Source of the DNA: Planctomycetota bacterium
Lineage (GTDB): Bacteria > Planctomycetota > PLA2 > JAEUHO01
Direction: 5' to 3'
Assembly (NCBI GenBank): GCA_965222115.1
Contig: CBDCTJ010000001.1
Span: forward strand, 32,001 to 96,000
DNA length: 64,000 nt
The translations under genes and the position numbers were made by a program. This document shows, piece by piece, positions 1-8,429 of the stretch. The notes beneath the pieces are model-generated. The model saw only the letters and a program-made list of their open reading frames with translations. It searched no databases and was not told the DNA's origin. The stretch's first letter is position 1. The number at the start of each line of letters is the position of its first letter.

Positions 1-2
1 TG

Positions 3-170
3 ATTGCTGCCCAACGTGGGGTTCCGCAGGCCAAGCAAACGGTGACGCTGATTCGAGAGAAGCAAGAGGCAAAGGCCAAAGAAGAGAGTGCCAAGGAGGG
101 TGATGCCGAAGTAGAGGACGGCACTGAAGAGGACGCGGATAAGCCCAAGGAAGATGATCCAAAGAAGTAG
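3..170 (+). CDS. 3' end of a CDS entering from the left edge (charged, low-complexity C-terminus)
   Basis: Open frame from base 3 (IAAQRGVPQAKQTVTLIREKQEAKAKEESAKEGDAEVEDGTEEDADKPKEDDPKK) ending in TAG at 168-170; coding-like codon usage. Confidence 0.6.
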   Translation: MAAQRGVPQAKQTVTLIREKQEAKAKEESAKEGDAEVEDGTEEDADKPKEDDPKK

Positions 171-263
171 CCGTCCACGCTACCGCAAACGTACTTCATG
201 AAACACGCTACGCGCGCTTCGCACCACGGTGCAAGGCGCGCGTTCGTTTTTGACTCTTCGGAC

Positions 264-1262
264 CTAACGCGCGTTGCGAATAGCCGTCAAGGCTCGCCGG
301 ATTTCAACTTTGATCATCTTCTTACGCCACGAATGGGTGTGATCCGTATTGTCGAGTGGCTTCGCGGGACGCCACGCACTCGATGCGATGGCTTCAACAG
401 CGTCATCCGTAAGCTTGGTTCCGATGAATTCTTTCGTCGCCTCGTCACATCGCACAGGCGTTGACCCCACCGCATTGAGCACAATATCCAAGGATTGAAC
501 TTCGGGCGCCTTTGCATCCCGAGCAAGCTCCGCGCGTACAGCGACGGCCGCAACAGGAAAGTCGAACGAGCCTCGTCGCCGCACCTTGCGATAGACCGAG
601 CGCATGTTGCCTTGCGAGGGAATGCGGATTGCCGTCAGCACTTCGTCGTCGCGCTTGGCGAGGTAATTGATCCCGTCATCCTGAAACAACGCATCCATGG
701 GAATCGTTCGCTCCCCTTCGGGTCCCACCAATGTGACTTCCGCGCCCAGCGCCATGAATACCGGCACGGTATCGGAACTGTTGACGGCCCAACAACGCGG
801 GCTGGACGGCGCCACCCAACACGTGTCGCCTTCGCATTTCATGCAGAAGTTAATGGCGCGGCGCCATTCGTAGTTCTGGTTGTAGTAGTTGCAGCGAGTG
901 TCCAAGCACACGTTGCCGCCTATGGTGCCCATGGTGCGAAGCAGGGGCGTGCTGATGGATCGAACAGCCGTGGCGAGCGCCGGAAGTTGCTGACAAAAGT
1001 TGTTGTCGCGCTCAAGTGTACGCAACGTGGCGGCTGCGCCCAACGTGGTAGCGCCGTCGCGCTCCACGTGAATCTGACGAATGTCGCTAACGCCCCGCAG
1101 CGACACCACAACCCCCGGCGTTTGGTGCCTGCGCTTCATGTTCGGAAATAGATCCGTGCCACCAGCCACGACGCGCGCACGCGGACCTTCACTCGCAAGG
1201 ATATTCACTACGTCGTTCACGCTTGTGGGAGCGTGATAGGCGAAGGGCGGCAGTCGCATCAT
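264..1262 (-). CDS. FAD-binding subunit of a xanthine dehydrogenase-family enzyme, 4-hydroxybenzoyl-CoA reductase beta-like, with [4Fe-4S] insert
   Basis: AGGTDL and TIGGN FAD motifs; Cys-rich insert CLDTRCNYYNQ..FCMKCEGDTC..PRCWA typical of HcrB; YRKVRRRGSFDFP; overlaps the large-subunit gene. Confidence 0.9.
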   Translation of the reverse strand: MMRLPPFAYHAPTSVNDVVNILASEGPRARVVAGGTDLFPNMKRRHQTPGVVVSLRGVSDIRQIHVERDGATTLGAAATLRTLERDNNFCQQLPALATAVRSISTPLLRTMGTIGGNVCLDTRCNYYNQNYEWRRAINFCMKCEGDTCWVAPSSPRCWAVNSSDTVPVFMALGAEVTLVGPEGERTIPMDALFQDDGINYLAKRDDEVLTAIRIPSQGNMRSVYRKVRRRGSFDFPVAAVAVRAELARDAKAPEVQSLDIVLNAVGSTPVRCDEATKEFIGTKLTDDAVEAIASSAWRPAKPLDNTDHTHSWRKKMIKVEIRRALTAIRNAR

Positions 1263-3739
1263 GAGGAAGCCACCTTCTTTTTGCGGCGAGGTGCCGTTCC
1301 GTCGCCCCCCTCGTCCTGGGTCTTTACGCGCATGGTTTTCGTGATGCCCATGTCGGGCATGGACTTGGGACCGTAGCGCTTGCTGCTTGACTGCATGGCA
1401 CGCAGTACCTTGTCGGGAGTAATAGGGATCTCATCGATGCGCACGCCCACGGCATCAAAGATTGCATTGGCCACGGCAGGCATGATGGGCAAGAGTGGTC
1501 CCTGACCAACTTCCTTGCCACCAAAGGGTCCTTGAGGATCGGGATCCTCGACCAGGTACGTAACGACATCGGGCATCTCGTGCGTCGTCGGACTCTTGTA
1601 TTCGAGCAATGACGGAATCTTGTGTACGCCGAAGCGATTGCCTCGGTAGGCCATCTCTTCCATGATGGCTTCGCCGAGGCCCATATAGACGCTGCCTTCC
1701 ACCTGCCCAATGACCGACATGTGATTGAGCGAACGGCCGATATCGTGTGCAATCCAAATTGTGCCCACCTTGACATCGCCCGTCTCTTCATCGACATCCA
1801 CTTCAACGACGGATGCGCTGTAGGAATAGGCGGGCGACGGACCCACGCCGGCACCGCGATAGCGACCCGGTGTTGGCGGCGGTGTATACGAGCCGGCCAC
1901 GGCGATCGTTCCCACCTTCGCTTCTGCAAATGAAACAGCGTCGGCGAAGGACATGCCGCGTTCGGGATCTTCCACGTCGTACACGCGGTTGTCGGCAAAT
2001 CGAAGGCGTTCCACCGGTACGTCGAGGTGTGTTGCGGCCACGCCCGCAACCTTCACGCGAGCTTTCGTTGCAGCTTCAATCGCGGCATTGCCAACCATGA
2101 GCGTAACGCGACTGCTGTAGCTGCCAAGATCAACCGGCGTGAGCTGTGTGTCGGCCACGTGGACGCGAATGTCGGTGAGGTTTACGCCCAGAACTTCTGC
2201 GACACAGGTCGCAAGCACCGTGTCGCTGCCCTGCCCAATCTCGGTTTCCCCACAGAGCACCGCAACGCCGCCGCCGCGATCCAACTGAACCGTTACGCCC
2301 GAGTGGGGCATGTTGTTCCAATAGATGGGAAGTCCTGCGCCGCAGATATAGGACGAGCATGCAATACCCACGCCTCGCCCACGCGGCAGCTTGCCGTACT
2401 TGGACTTCCAGTCGCTGCCCTCAACAACCTTTTCAATGCACTCGCGCAGCCCCATGGTTCCAATGCGAAGCCAGTTGGCGGTAACGGAGTTTGGCGGCTG
2501 AAGTTGTTGGAGGCGAAGTTCGGCGGGGTCCAATCCCAGTCGTGTTGCGGCGCGATCGAGCGACACTTCAAGTGCAAAACGAGGTTGGGGCGTGCCATGG
2601 CCGCGCTTGGGACCACACGGCGGCTTGTTGGTAAATGTGCGCACACCGTCAAATCGGTACGTGGGTACTTTGTAGGTCACGGTTTGCAGCGCACCCGTGT
2701 AGTAGGTACTCGCGACGCCGTAGGAGCCATAGCCCCCACCGTCAAGCAACGAGCGAAAATGCATGCCGGTGATGGTGCCGTCGTTCGTGAAGCCCATCGT
2801 GCATCGCATTTGCACCGGATGGCGACCACGATGGCAGTAAAATACCTCTTCGCGCGTCAAACAGATCTTCACCGGACGCTGCGTCATGAGCGCGAGCTTA
2901 GCAACCGCGATCTCGTGATTGAACGGATCGCTCTTCCCTCCAAATCCCCCACCATTGGGACACGCAATGACGCGAATGTGGGAGCGCGGCATGTCCAACA
3001 CTTTCGAAAGCGCGCGGTGCAGGTAGTGGGGCGTCTGTGTAGATGACCAAATCGTTAGGCGGCCGTCGGCATCGGGATTAGCAAGTGTCGCGTGCTGCTC
3101 GATGGGTAGATGCGTATTGCCCTCGTAGAAGTAATGATCATCAAGCACAAAGTCTGCCGCTTCGAGCGAAGCTTCGACATCGCCAAACTGCATTGAAACG
3201 CGCTTATGTACATTGCCGTCGTCGCCATAGTCGTGCATGGCTTCTACGTCATTCTTAAGCGCCTTGGCGGGCGAAAAAATGCCCTCAATTGGTTCATACG
3301 CCACGCGGATGGCATTCATGGCGTCGAAGGCCGCCTCTTCGCTCGTCGCCGCCACGGCCGCGACGGGATCGCCAATAAAACGAACTTTGTCAAGCGACAA
3401 GGCATGTTCGTCCTGTGAGACGGGCAAAATGCCAAACGTTGTGGGCAATGTTTCGCCGGTGAGCACGGCGACGACGCCGGGCATTGCTTCCGCAGCACGC
3501 GTGTCGATGGAGAGAATGCGCGCGTGGGCCACATGACTGCGATGAATCTTGCAATGCAACATGCGAGGCAACGACAGGTCATCAGCGAAACGCGTTGTGC
3601 CTTTCACCTTGTCGAAGGCATCCACCTTGATGGGTGAACCGCCAATCAACCGGTAGCCTTCCTTCAACTGCTGCGCAAGGCCCTCCTTGGCGCCGGCATC
3701 CGGGGATGGGCTGGCCTCGTCGGGAGCGTTGGCACTCAT
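1259..3739 (-). CDS. Molybdopterin-binding large subunit, xanthine dehydrogenase family (HcrA-like)
   Basis: GGGFGGK, RGHG, GQGSDT, DLGSYSSRVTLMVGNA, GQVEG and KEVGQG..PAVANAIFDAVGVRI motifs; between the 2Fe-2S and FAD subunit genes. Confidence 0.92.
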   Translation of the reverse strand: MSANAPDEASPSPDAGAKEGLAQQLKEGYRLIGGSPIKVDAFDKVKGTTRFADDLSLPRMLHCKIHRSHVAHARILSIDTRAAEAMPGVVAVLTGETLPTTFGILPVSQDEHALSLDKVRFIGDPVAAVAATSEEAAFDAMNAIRVAYEPIEGIFSPAKALKNDVEAMHDYGDDGNVHKRVSMQFGDVEASLEAADFVLDDHYFYEGNTHLPIEQHATLANPDADGRLTIWSSTQTPHYLHRALSKVLDMPRSHIRVIACPNGGGFGGKSDPFNHEIAVAKLALMTQRPVKICLTREEVFYCHRGRHPVQMRCTMGFTNDGTITGMHFRSLLDGGGYGSYGVASTYYTGALQTVTYKVPTYRFDGVRTFTNKPPCGPKRGHGTPQPRFALEVSLDRAATRLGLDPAELRLQQLQPPNSVTANWLRIGTMGLRECIEKVVEGSDWKSKYGKLPRGRGVGIACSSYICGAGLPIYWNNMPHSGVTVQLDRGGGVAVLCGETEIGQGSDTVLATCVAEVLGVNLTDIRVHVADTQLTPVDLGSYSSRVTLMVGNAAIEAATKARVKVAGVAATHLDVPVERLRFADNRVYDVEDPERGMSFADAVSFAEAKVGTIAVAGSYTPPPTPGRYRGAGVGPSPAYSYSASVVEVDVDEETGDVKVGTIWIAHDIGRSLNHMSVIGQVEGSVYMGLGEAIMEEMAYRGNRFGVHKIPSLLEYKSPTTHEMPDVVTYLVEDPDPQGPFGGKEVGQGPLLPIMPAVANAIFDAVGVRIDEIPITPDKVLRAMQSSSKRYGPKSMPDMGITKTMRVKTQDEGGDGTAPRRKKKVASS

Positions 3740-4284
3740 TAGACGTCTTCCTCACCGCGCATACGCGCCGCCGCAAGTTCCACCGCCTCAAAGATCTTGA
3801 GATACCCCGTGCAACGACAGAGGTTGCCGGACAGCTCTTCTTTGATGGTGTCGCGGCTGGGATTCGTGTCGGATGCGAGCATGGCCTTCGCTACAAGCAA
3901 GAATCCCGGCGTGCAATAGCCACACTGTGCGGCACCAAGTTCCGCAAAGGCCTGTTGCAATGGATGCGTACCGTTGACGCCGGCCATGCCTTCCACAGTT
4001 TCGATCGAAACGCCATCGGATTCCAAGGCCAGGCGCAGGCAAGAAAGTTCTGCTTCGCCGTCGATCAAAACGGCACACGCGCCGCATTCACCCAACTCGC
4101 AACCGTGCTTGGTGCCCGTGAGACCCATATCTTCTCGAAGCACTTCGAGTAGCGTCTTGTGTGGAAAGAACGACACGTCCATGGATTCACCGTTGACCCG
4201 AAACGTGCGCTGTACTTTTCGCAGGTGACCTGTGTACGCATCGCCCGCGGGCGTCGCATCAACTGCCGCACCGTGATCACTCAT
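3739..4284 (-). CDS. (2Fe-2S)-binding small subunit (HcrC/CoxS-like)
   Basis: GTKHGCELGECGAC, QCGYCTPG and GNLCRCTGY motifs. Confidence 0.93.
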   Translation of the reverse strand: MSDHGAAVDATPAGDAYTGHLRKVQRTFRVNGESMDVSFFPHKTLLEVLREDMGLTGTKHGCELGECGACAVLIDGEAELSCLRLALESDGVSIETVEGMAGVNGTHPLQQAFAELGAAQCGYCTPGFLLVAKAMLASDTNPSRDTIKEELSGNLCRCTGYLKIFEAVELAAARMRGEEDV

Positions 4285-4951
4285 CTGCGACTCCCCGTGA
4301 CGTCTCGCGCGCGCATGCGGTGTTCACCTCAACAGACCAACCGCGCAGCAGCGGCTCGACCAATCCAATAATCAAGTCGTTGGGGGTCCAAGTCCCCTCC
4401 GGACGCCACCACACCACCGTCCAGTTCAAGCAACCGAGAAACGCGAGCACTGCAAGCTTCACGTCCATCGGAGAGAACGTGCCGGCATCAATTCCCTGCT
4501 GAAGCATGGTACGCAACAGGGATTCGTAGCGGTTGCGCTTGGCTACAACGTCTTGCAACCGTTCATCGTCGAGCGCATAGAACTGAACATGCGCTGCACT
4601 TCCGCCAAGTGTGTCGAGCGTCGTGTCCAAGTGCACACGGGCCATCTTTCGCAGGCGCACTTTTACGGGTGCGGGATCATCAACCAGCGACTCCGCCGCG
4701 CCAATCAGCGAACTCAGCGCAAAGACTTGGCACGCGTAGAGCAGTTCCTGCTTGCTGGGGAAGTAGTGATAGAGCGCACCCGGGCGAATGTTCAAGCCGG
4801 CCGCAATTTCGCGCATGCCCGCACCGTGAAATCCCTTCCGTCGAAATACGACGGCGGCACGGCGAAGAATCTCCATGCGTCGGGCCTCGAAACGGCTGCC
4901 CTGATCGTCGAAATCGTCTCTCGAGGGGGCGAGGGGGTCACTTTGAACCAT
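4277..4951 (-). CDS. TetR/AcrR family transcriptional regulator
   Basis: N-terminal HTH ILRRAAVVFRRKGFHGAGMREIAAGLNIRPGALYHYFPSKQELL; C-terminal LNWTVVWWRPEG as in KstR2/PaaR-like TetRs; first gene of the Mo-enzyme operon. Confidence 0.92.
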   Translation of the reverse strand: MVQSDPLAPSRDDFDDQGSRFEARRMEILRRAAVVFRRKGFHGAGMREIAAGLNIRPGALYHYFPSKQELLYACQVFALSSLIGAAESLVDDPAPVKVRLRKMARVHLDTTLDTLGGSAAHVQFYALDDERLQDVVAKRNRYESLLRTMLQQGIDAGTFSPMDVKLAVLAFLGCLNWTVVWWRPEGTWTPNDLIIGLVEPLLRGWSVEVNTACARETSRGVADE

Positions 4952-4961
4952 GGTTCAAAGT
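4940..4961. promoter_or_regulatory. Perfect 22-bp palindrome centred on the tetR start codon; putative TetR operator
   Basis: ACTTTGAACCA|TGGTTCAAAGT is a perfect inverted repeat; it overlaps the ATG (4951) and a minus-strand TAAACT -10 hexamer (4959-4964). Confidence 0.7.
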
Positions 4962-5037
4962 TTAGCGCGGCGCCCACACCCGTACGAATCGGGACGGACG
5001 GGACGCGCGGGACGCGCGGCAAATTCGACGAACGCGC

Positions 5038-6189
5038 CTATTTCTTGGGCACCGGGCGAAACGAGAAACTGTCCAGGAATGCTCGAAACATGGATCGACC
5101 CGCCGCCTCACTGGCCACGGGCATCGTCGCTTTGAGTCGGTAGCAGTGTTTGCCCCGCTTGGTGATGGCCATCATGATGAACTTGTCTTCGCCGCCGAGA
5201 TTGGCCTTGGCTTCCAGAAGATACCCCGTGCTGCCAGCGACTTCACCAGTGACAACCTTGGCCTGGCCCGACTGCTCCTTGACGTAGAACGCCTCCAATC
5301 GATCGGCGTCTTGTTCGGCTGTGCCATTGAAGGGAATTCGGTAGATTCCGAGTGTGGGCTGGGCACTGGTCTTGCCTTCAAAGTCCACAAAGTGGTTTTT
5401 GAACCGCGGCATGACGACCGCGTAGTCCTTGGGATAGCGACACGAAAAGCCGCGTATGTCGTCTCGGTAGGCGCCTTCACCGGTGGGTCCGGATCGCTTC
5501 TTTTGTGTGAGCTTCACGCTCTTGCGCAAGGCCTCGAGTAAGGGACGCACGCGAGACCAAAGTGTGGACCGGCAAATGCCATACAGCAAGAACTCGCGTT
5601 TGTTGGTCAGATAGTACGTCGCGTTGATTTGGTAGGAGATGGGCGGTGGCTTTACGCCATCCTTGGCGGCTCCTTGCACGACATAGGCGGCTTCGACGAC
5701 GACATGGGGAATCGGCACGTTGGCGGACGGGGGAATGGTGACCAGCGAACTGATCTTTGCCTTGCTCGATTTGGCCCAATCGGCCCGAATCATGGGGCCT
5801 AGCGCTTCAAGGTTTTGCGCCCGGCGCGGACGAACGCTCAACGTGGCCTCGGGACCGCCCTTGACCTTAGGGTCGTAAAATGTCGCAAGGCGCTTCCATG
5901 ACTTGTCCGCAGCCTTATCCACAGTGAGTCGCCACGACGCGGGTGTGACCGCCTCAATGCCCTCGGAGGTGCTGCGAAACTTCTTGCCCTTTGCGGCACG
6001 CTTCGCGGGCTTTGCGGGGGCCGACTCACCATCTTCCGGAGTACACCAGGCCGTGCCGGAACCGGCGATCATCATCAGCCAGGCGCATAGCATCGCGGTA
6101 GGAAACCACGCAACGCGGCGCGCTTTGCTTCGTCCCCATTCCATCGACTCGTGCACGGGGTCTTGGCATCGAGGGGCGGCATCCGTCAT
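5038..6189 (-). CDS. Exported hypothetical protein with two PsbP/Mog1-like repeats
   Basis: ORF open to 6255; ATG 6189 has a GGAG RBS; signal-like segment; two units starting F/Y-x-x-x-x-G-F/I-x-x-x-x-P and ending in amphipathic helices (LRKSVKL, FLDSFSF). Confidence 0.7.
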   Translation of the reverse strand: MTDAAPRCQDPVHESMEWGRSKARRVAWFPTAMLCAWLMMIAGSGTAWCTPEDGESAPAKPAKRAAKGKKFRSTSEGIEAVTPASWRLTVDKAADKSWKRLATFYDPKVKGGPEATLSVRPRRAQNLEALGPMIRADWAKSSKAKISSLVTIPPSANVPIPHVVVEAAYVVQGAAKDGVKPPPISYQINATYYLTNKREFLLYGICRSTLWSRVRPLLEALRKSVKLTQKKRSGPTGEGAYRDDIRGFSCRYPKDYAVVMPRFKNHFVDFEGKTSAQPTLGIYRIPFNGTAEQDADRLEAFYVKEQSGQAKVVTGEVAGSTGYLLEAKANLGGEDKFIMMAITKRGKHCYRLKATMPVASEAAGRSMFRAFLDSFSFRPVPKK

Positions 6190-6386
6190 GAGTGACTCCA
6201 ACCTTTCCTGTACGTGCCTCGCTACCCATCGCGGCGGCTCGGGGCGTCCCGGCATGTGGTTACGAGGCTAAACAAGGGTACCCAATCCTGGCAAAGCCAA
6301 CGAAGGCTCCCCGATTCCCCCCACGCCCAACCGTAGCCGCGCAGATACTCTCCGGGACGCCCGTCCCCCGCGTTTTTCCTCCGGAG

Positions 6387-8429
6387 ATGCTCGTGCTTCC
6401 CGAACTCAGCGTACTCCTCGCCGTACTGCTAGGTCTGCGGGCACTGCTACCGACTGGATTCGATCCCGTCACGTCGCCACTTGGGACGGTGGCATGCTGC
6501 CTGATTGGGCTTGCTGGTATCCGCATGACCACGCGGCGCGCCACATTGGCCATGGGCGAGGGGATTCCCGACTTGGTGCCGACCGCGGGACGCGTCATGC
6601 GAATCTGGGCAGTGATTGCGTGGTTTGCCGCACTGCAGTTTTTCGATTGGGGCGCCTTTGTTGAAGGGAACGTGCCGCGGATTTTGTGGATTGCTCGCTA
6701 CGTCGTGCTCTTTGTCCCTGCGGCGGTGTTGTTCTCGTTCGCCTGGTCGAGTCATCGCGAGTTGATGATTGCGGGAATGGGGTTGGAGCAGCGAGCGCGT
6801 GGTCGTGTGAACGCCATCCGCGCCGGTCTACGACGCAATGCCATTGCGCTCGTCCCACTCTTTATTGTCATCGCCTTCGTGGATGGGCTGTGGGTGGCCG
6901 GCGAACTTGGCATCGCACCGCTGCGCACGGCGTCGCAGTGGTTAGAACACATGCCACTGATCACGCTGGCGATCTTCTTTGGCATGACATTGCTGGCGCT
7001 GCCGTTCTTGCCCGCGTTGGTGTGCAAGCTCGTCAAAGCCAAGTCGTTGGAAGCGGGCGAACTTCGAAGCATGCTGGAGCGGGGCGCGGAACGTATCGCG
7101 CTCCGTTACGGCGACATCAAAGTGTGGCCGACCAAGCGACGTATGCTCAATGCTATGGTGATGGGTGTTACGCCCAAGAGCCGTACGATTCTGTTTACCG
7201 ATGGCATTCTCGACGCCATGCCCCACGATGAGTTACTGGCGGTGTTCTTTCACGAGGCGGGTCACGCCAAGAAGCGACATCTCGAACTCTACCTGCTGCT
7301 CTTCTTCTGCATGTCAACGCTGTTTTACCTCTTTCACAACCAGTTGGTTTCGTTGGGTATCAGCCCGGATGTGCTGGGCATCGTGTTCTTGGCGTTGCTT
7401 TGGTTTGGCCTACTGGGCTGGGTCAGCCGACGCTTTGAACGCGACGCCGACTTTTACGGCGCGGATCATGCCTTACCCGAACTCGTGGACGACCCCGAAC
7501 CCGTAGCGACCGAGGCAACGCCCGATGCTCCAGGTGCACCGTCGATGATGCGGGCACTCAATCGCATTCGACAGGTGTCGGGTCACGGTGTGAGCCATCG
7601 CCATGGATCGGTGGAGTCGCGCATTAACGCCATTGCCGAGTACGCCACACGTGAAGAGGCGCGCGAATCGCATAAGCGACTGCTATTCGGCATGCGTGCC
7701 CTCGCGGTGCTTTTGACCATTGGCACGGTGGCCATGGTGATCTCGCGACTCCCCAGTGAGACGCGTATTGCGCGAGCACACATTTTAGCCTCGGAAGCCG
7801 ATCGACTGGCGGATGAGGCGCGACAAGCCGATGGCGATGCCGGCCAAACGAAATGGCTCAAAGCGGCTGACGGCTGGGCTGGCGCCGCAACCACCCTGCG
7901 CGCCGAGGGGGCCGATCTGGACGGCGAGCAAGAACTGCGACTCTCCCTCCGAGCAGCAGACGCCGCATTGCGTTGGTCCGAAGACCTGGCGAACGCAAAA
8001 AGACTCTACGTGCGGTGCCTCGAAATCATCTCGGACCACGAGGAGCAGAGCGGAGGGCAGGTTTCAACGAGCAACGCCCTTCGACGCTTTGAGTGTTGGA
8101 TCGACTTGGGACGTATCGCAGCGCGTGAACAAGATTGGACCTTCGCGGATCGCTACATCAAGTTGGCTGAGCGCGGACTGCAGTATGACCTCACCGAATC
8201 GCATGGACTCGACCGTGAAATCCGAAGCTATTTAGGCGAGCGAAAGCGACTGCTCGACGCCACCGTAGAGTTACGACAGGCGCTGCTGGATCAAGTCAAC
8301 AACCCGGGCGCTGTAGACGTGGCGCGCAAGGAACTTTTGGCGCTCACCGAGACTACGCCCACGGGCGAGCATTGGCTCGACCTCAAACATGACGCCGCCG
8401 CCGAAGCCAACGCAGGCTTGTCGGACTAA
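6387..8429 (+). CDS. M48 family (HtpX/Ste24-like) membrane zinc metalloprotease with helical C-terminal extension
   Basis: Multiple TM helices; NAMVMG; HEAGH zinc motif; third ligand in SRRFERDAD; HGSVESRI; start uncertain (ORF open from 6192). Confidence 0.85.
   Translation: MLVLPELSVLLAVLLGLRALLPTGFDPVTSPLGTVACCLIGLAGIRMTTRRATLAMGEGIPDLVPTAGRVMRIWAVIAWFAALQFFDWGAFVEGNVPRILWIARYVVLFVPAAVLFSFAWSSHRELMIAGMGLEQRARGRVNAIRAGLRRNAIALVPLFIVIAFVDGLWVAGELGIAPLRTASQWLEHMPLITLAIFFGMTLLALPFLPALVCKLVKAKSLEAGELRSMLERGAERIALRYGDIKVWPTKRRMLNAMVMGVTPKSRTILFTDGILDAMPHDELLAVFFHEAGHAKKRHLELYLLLFFCMSTLFYLFHNQLVSLGISPDVLGIVFLALLWFGLLGWVSRRFERDADFYGADHALPELVDDPEPVATEATPDAPGAPSMMRALNRIRQVSGHGVSHRHGSVESRINAIAEYATREEARESHKRLLFGMRALAVLLTIGTVAMVISRLPSETRIARAHILASEADRLADEARQADGDAGQTKWLKAADGWAGAATTLRAEGADLDGEQELRLSLRAADAALRWSEDLANAKRLYVRCLEIISDHEEQSGGQVSTSNALRRFECWIDLGRIAAREQDWTFADRYIKLAERGLQYDLTESHGLDREIRSYLGERKRLLDATVELRQALLDQVNNPGAVDVARKELLALTETTPTGEHWLDLKHDAAAEANAGLSD

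Noticed and set aside
2027-3046. Long antisense ORFs (also 30451-31422, 32794-33822, 39694-40635 and others)
   Set aside because: Shadow ORFs opposite well-supported genes, expected at this GC content; no recognisable motifs.
4991-5020. Short tandem GGGACGCGC repeats upstream of tetR
   Set aside because: Only two to three short GC-rich copies; no functional support.
5915-5923. Perfect DnaA box TTATCCACA
   Set aside because: Single copy inside a CDS; no cluster of boxes or dnaA/dnaN nearby, so not oriC.
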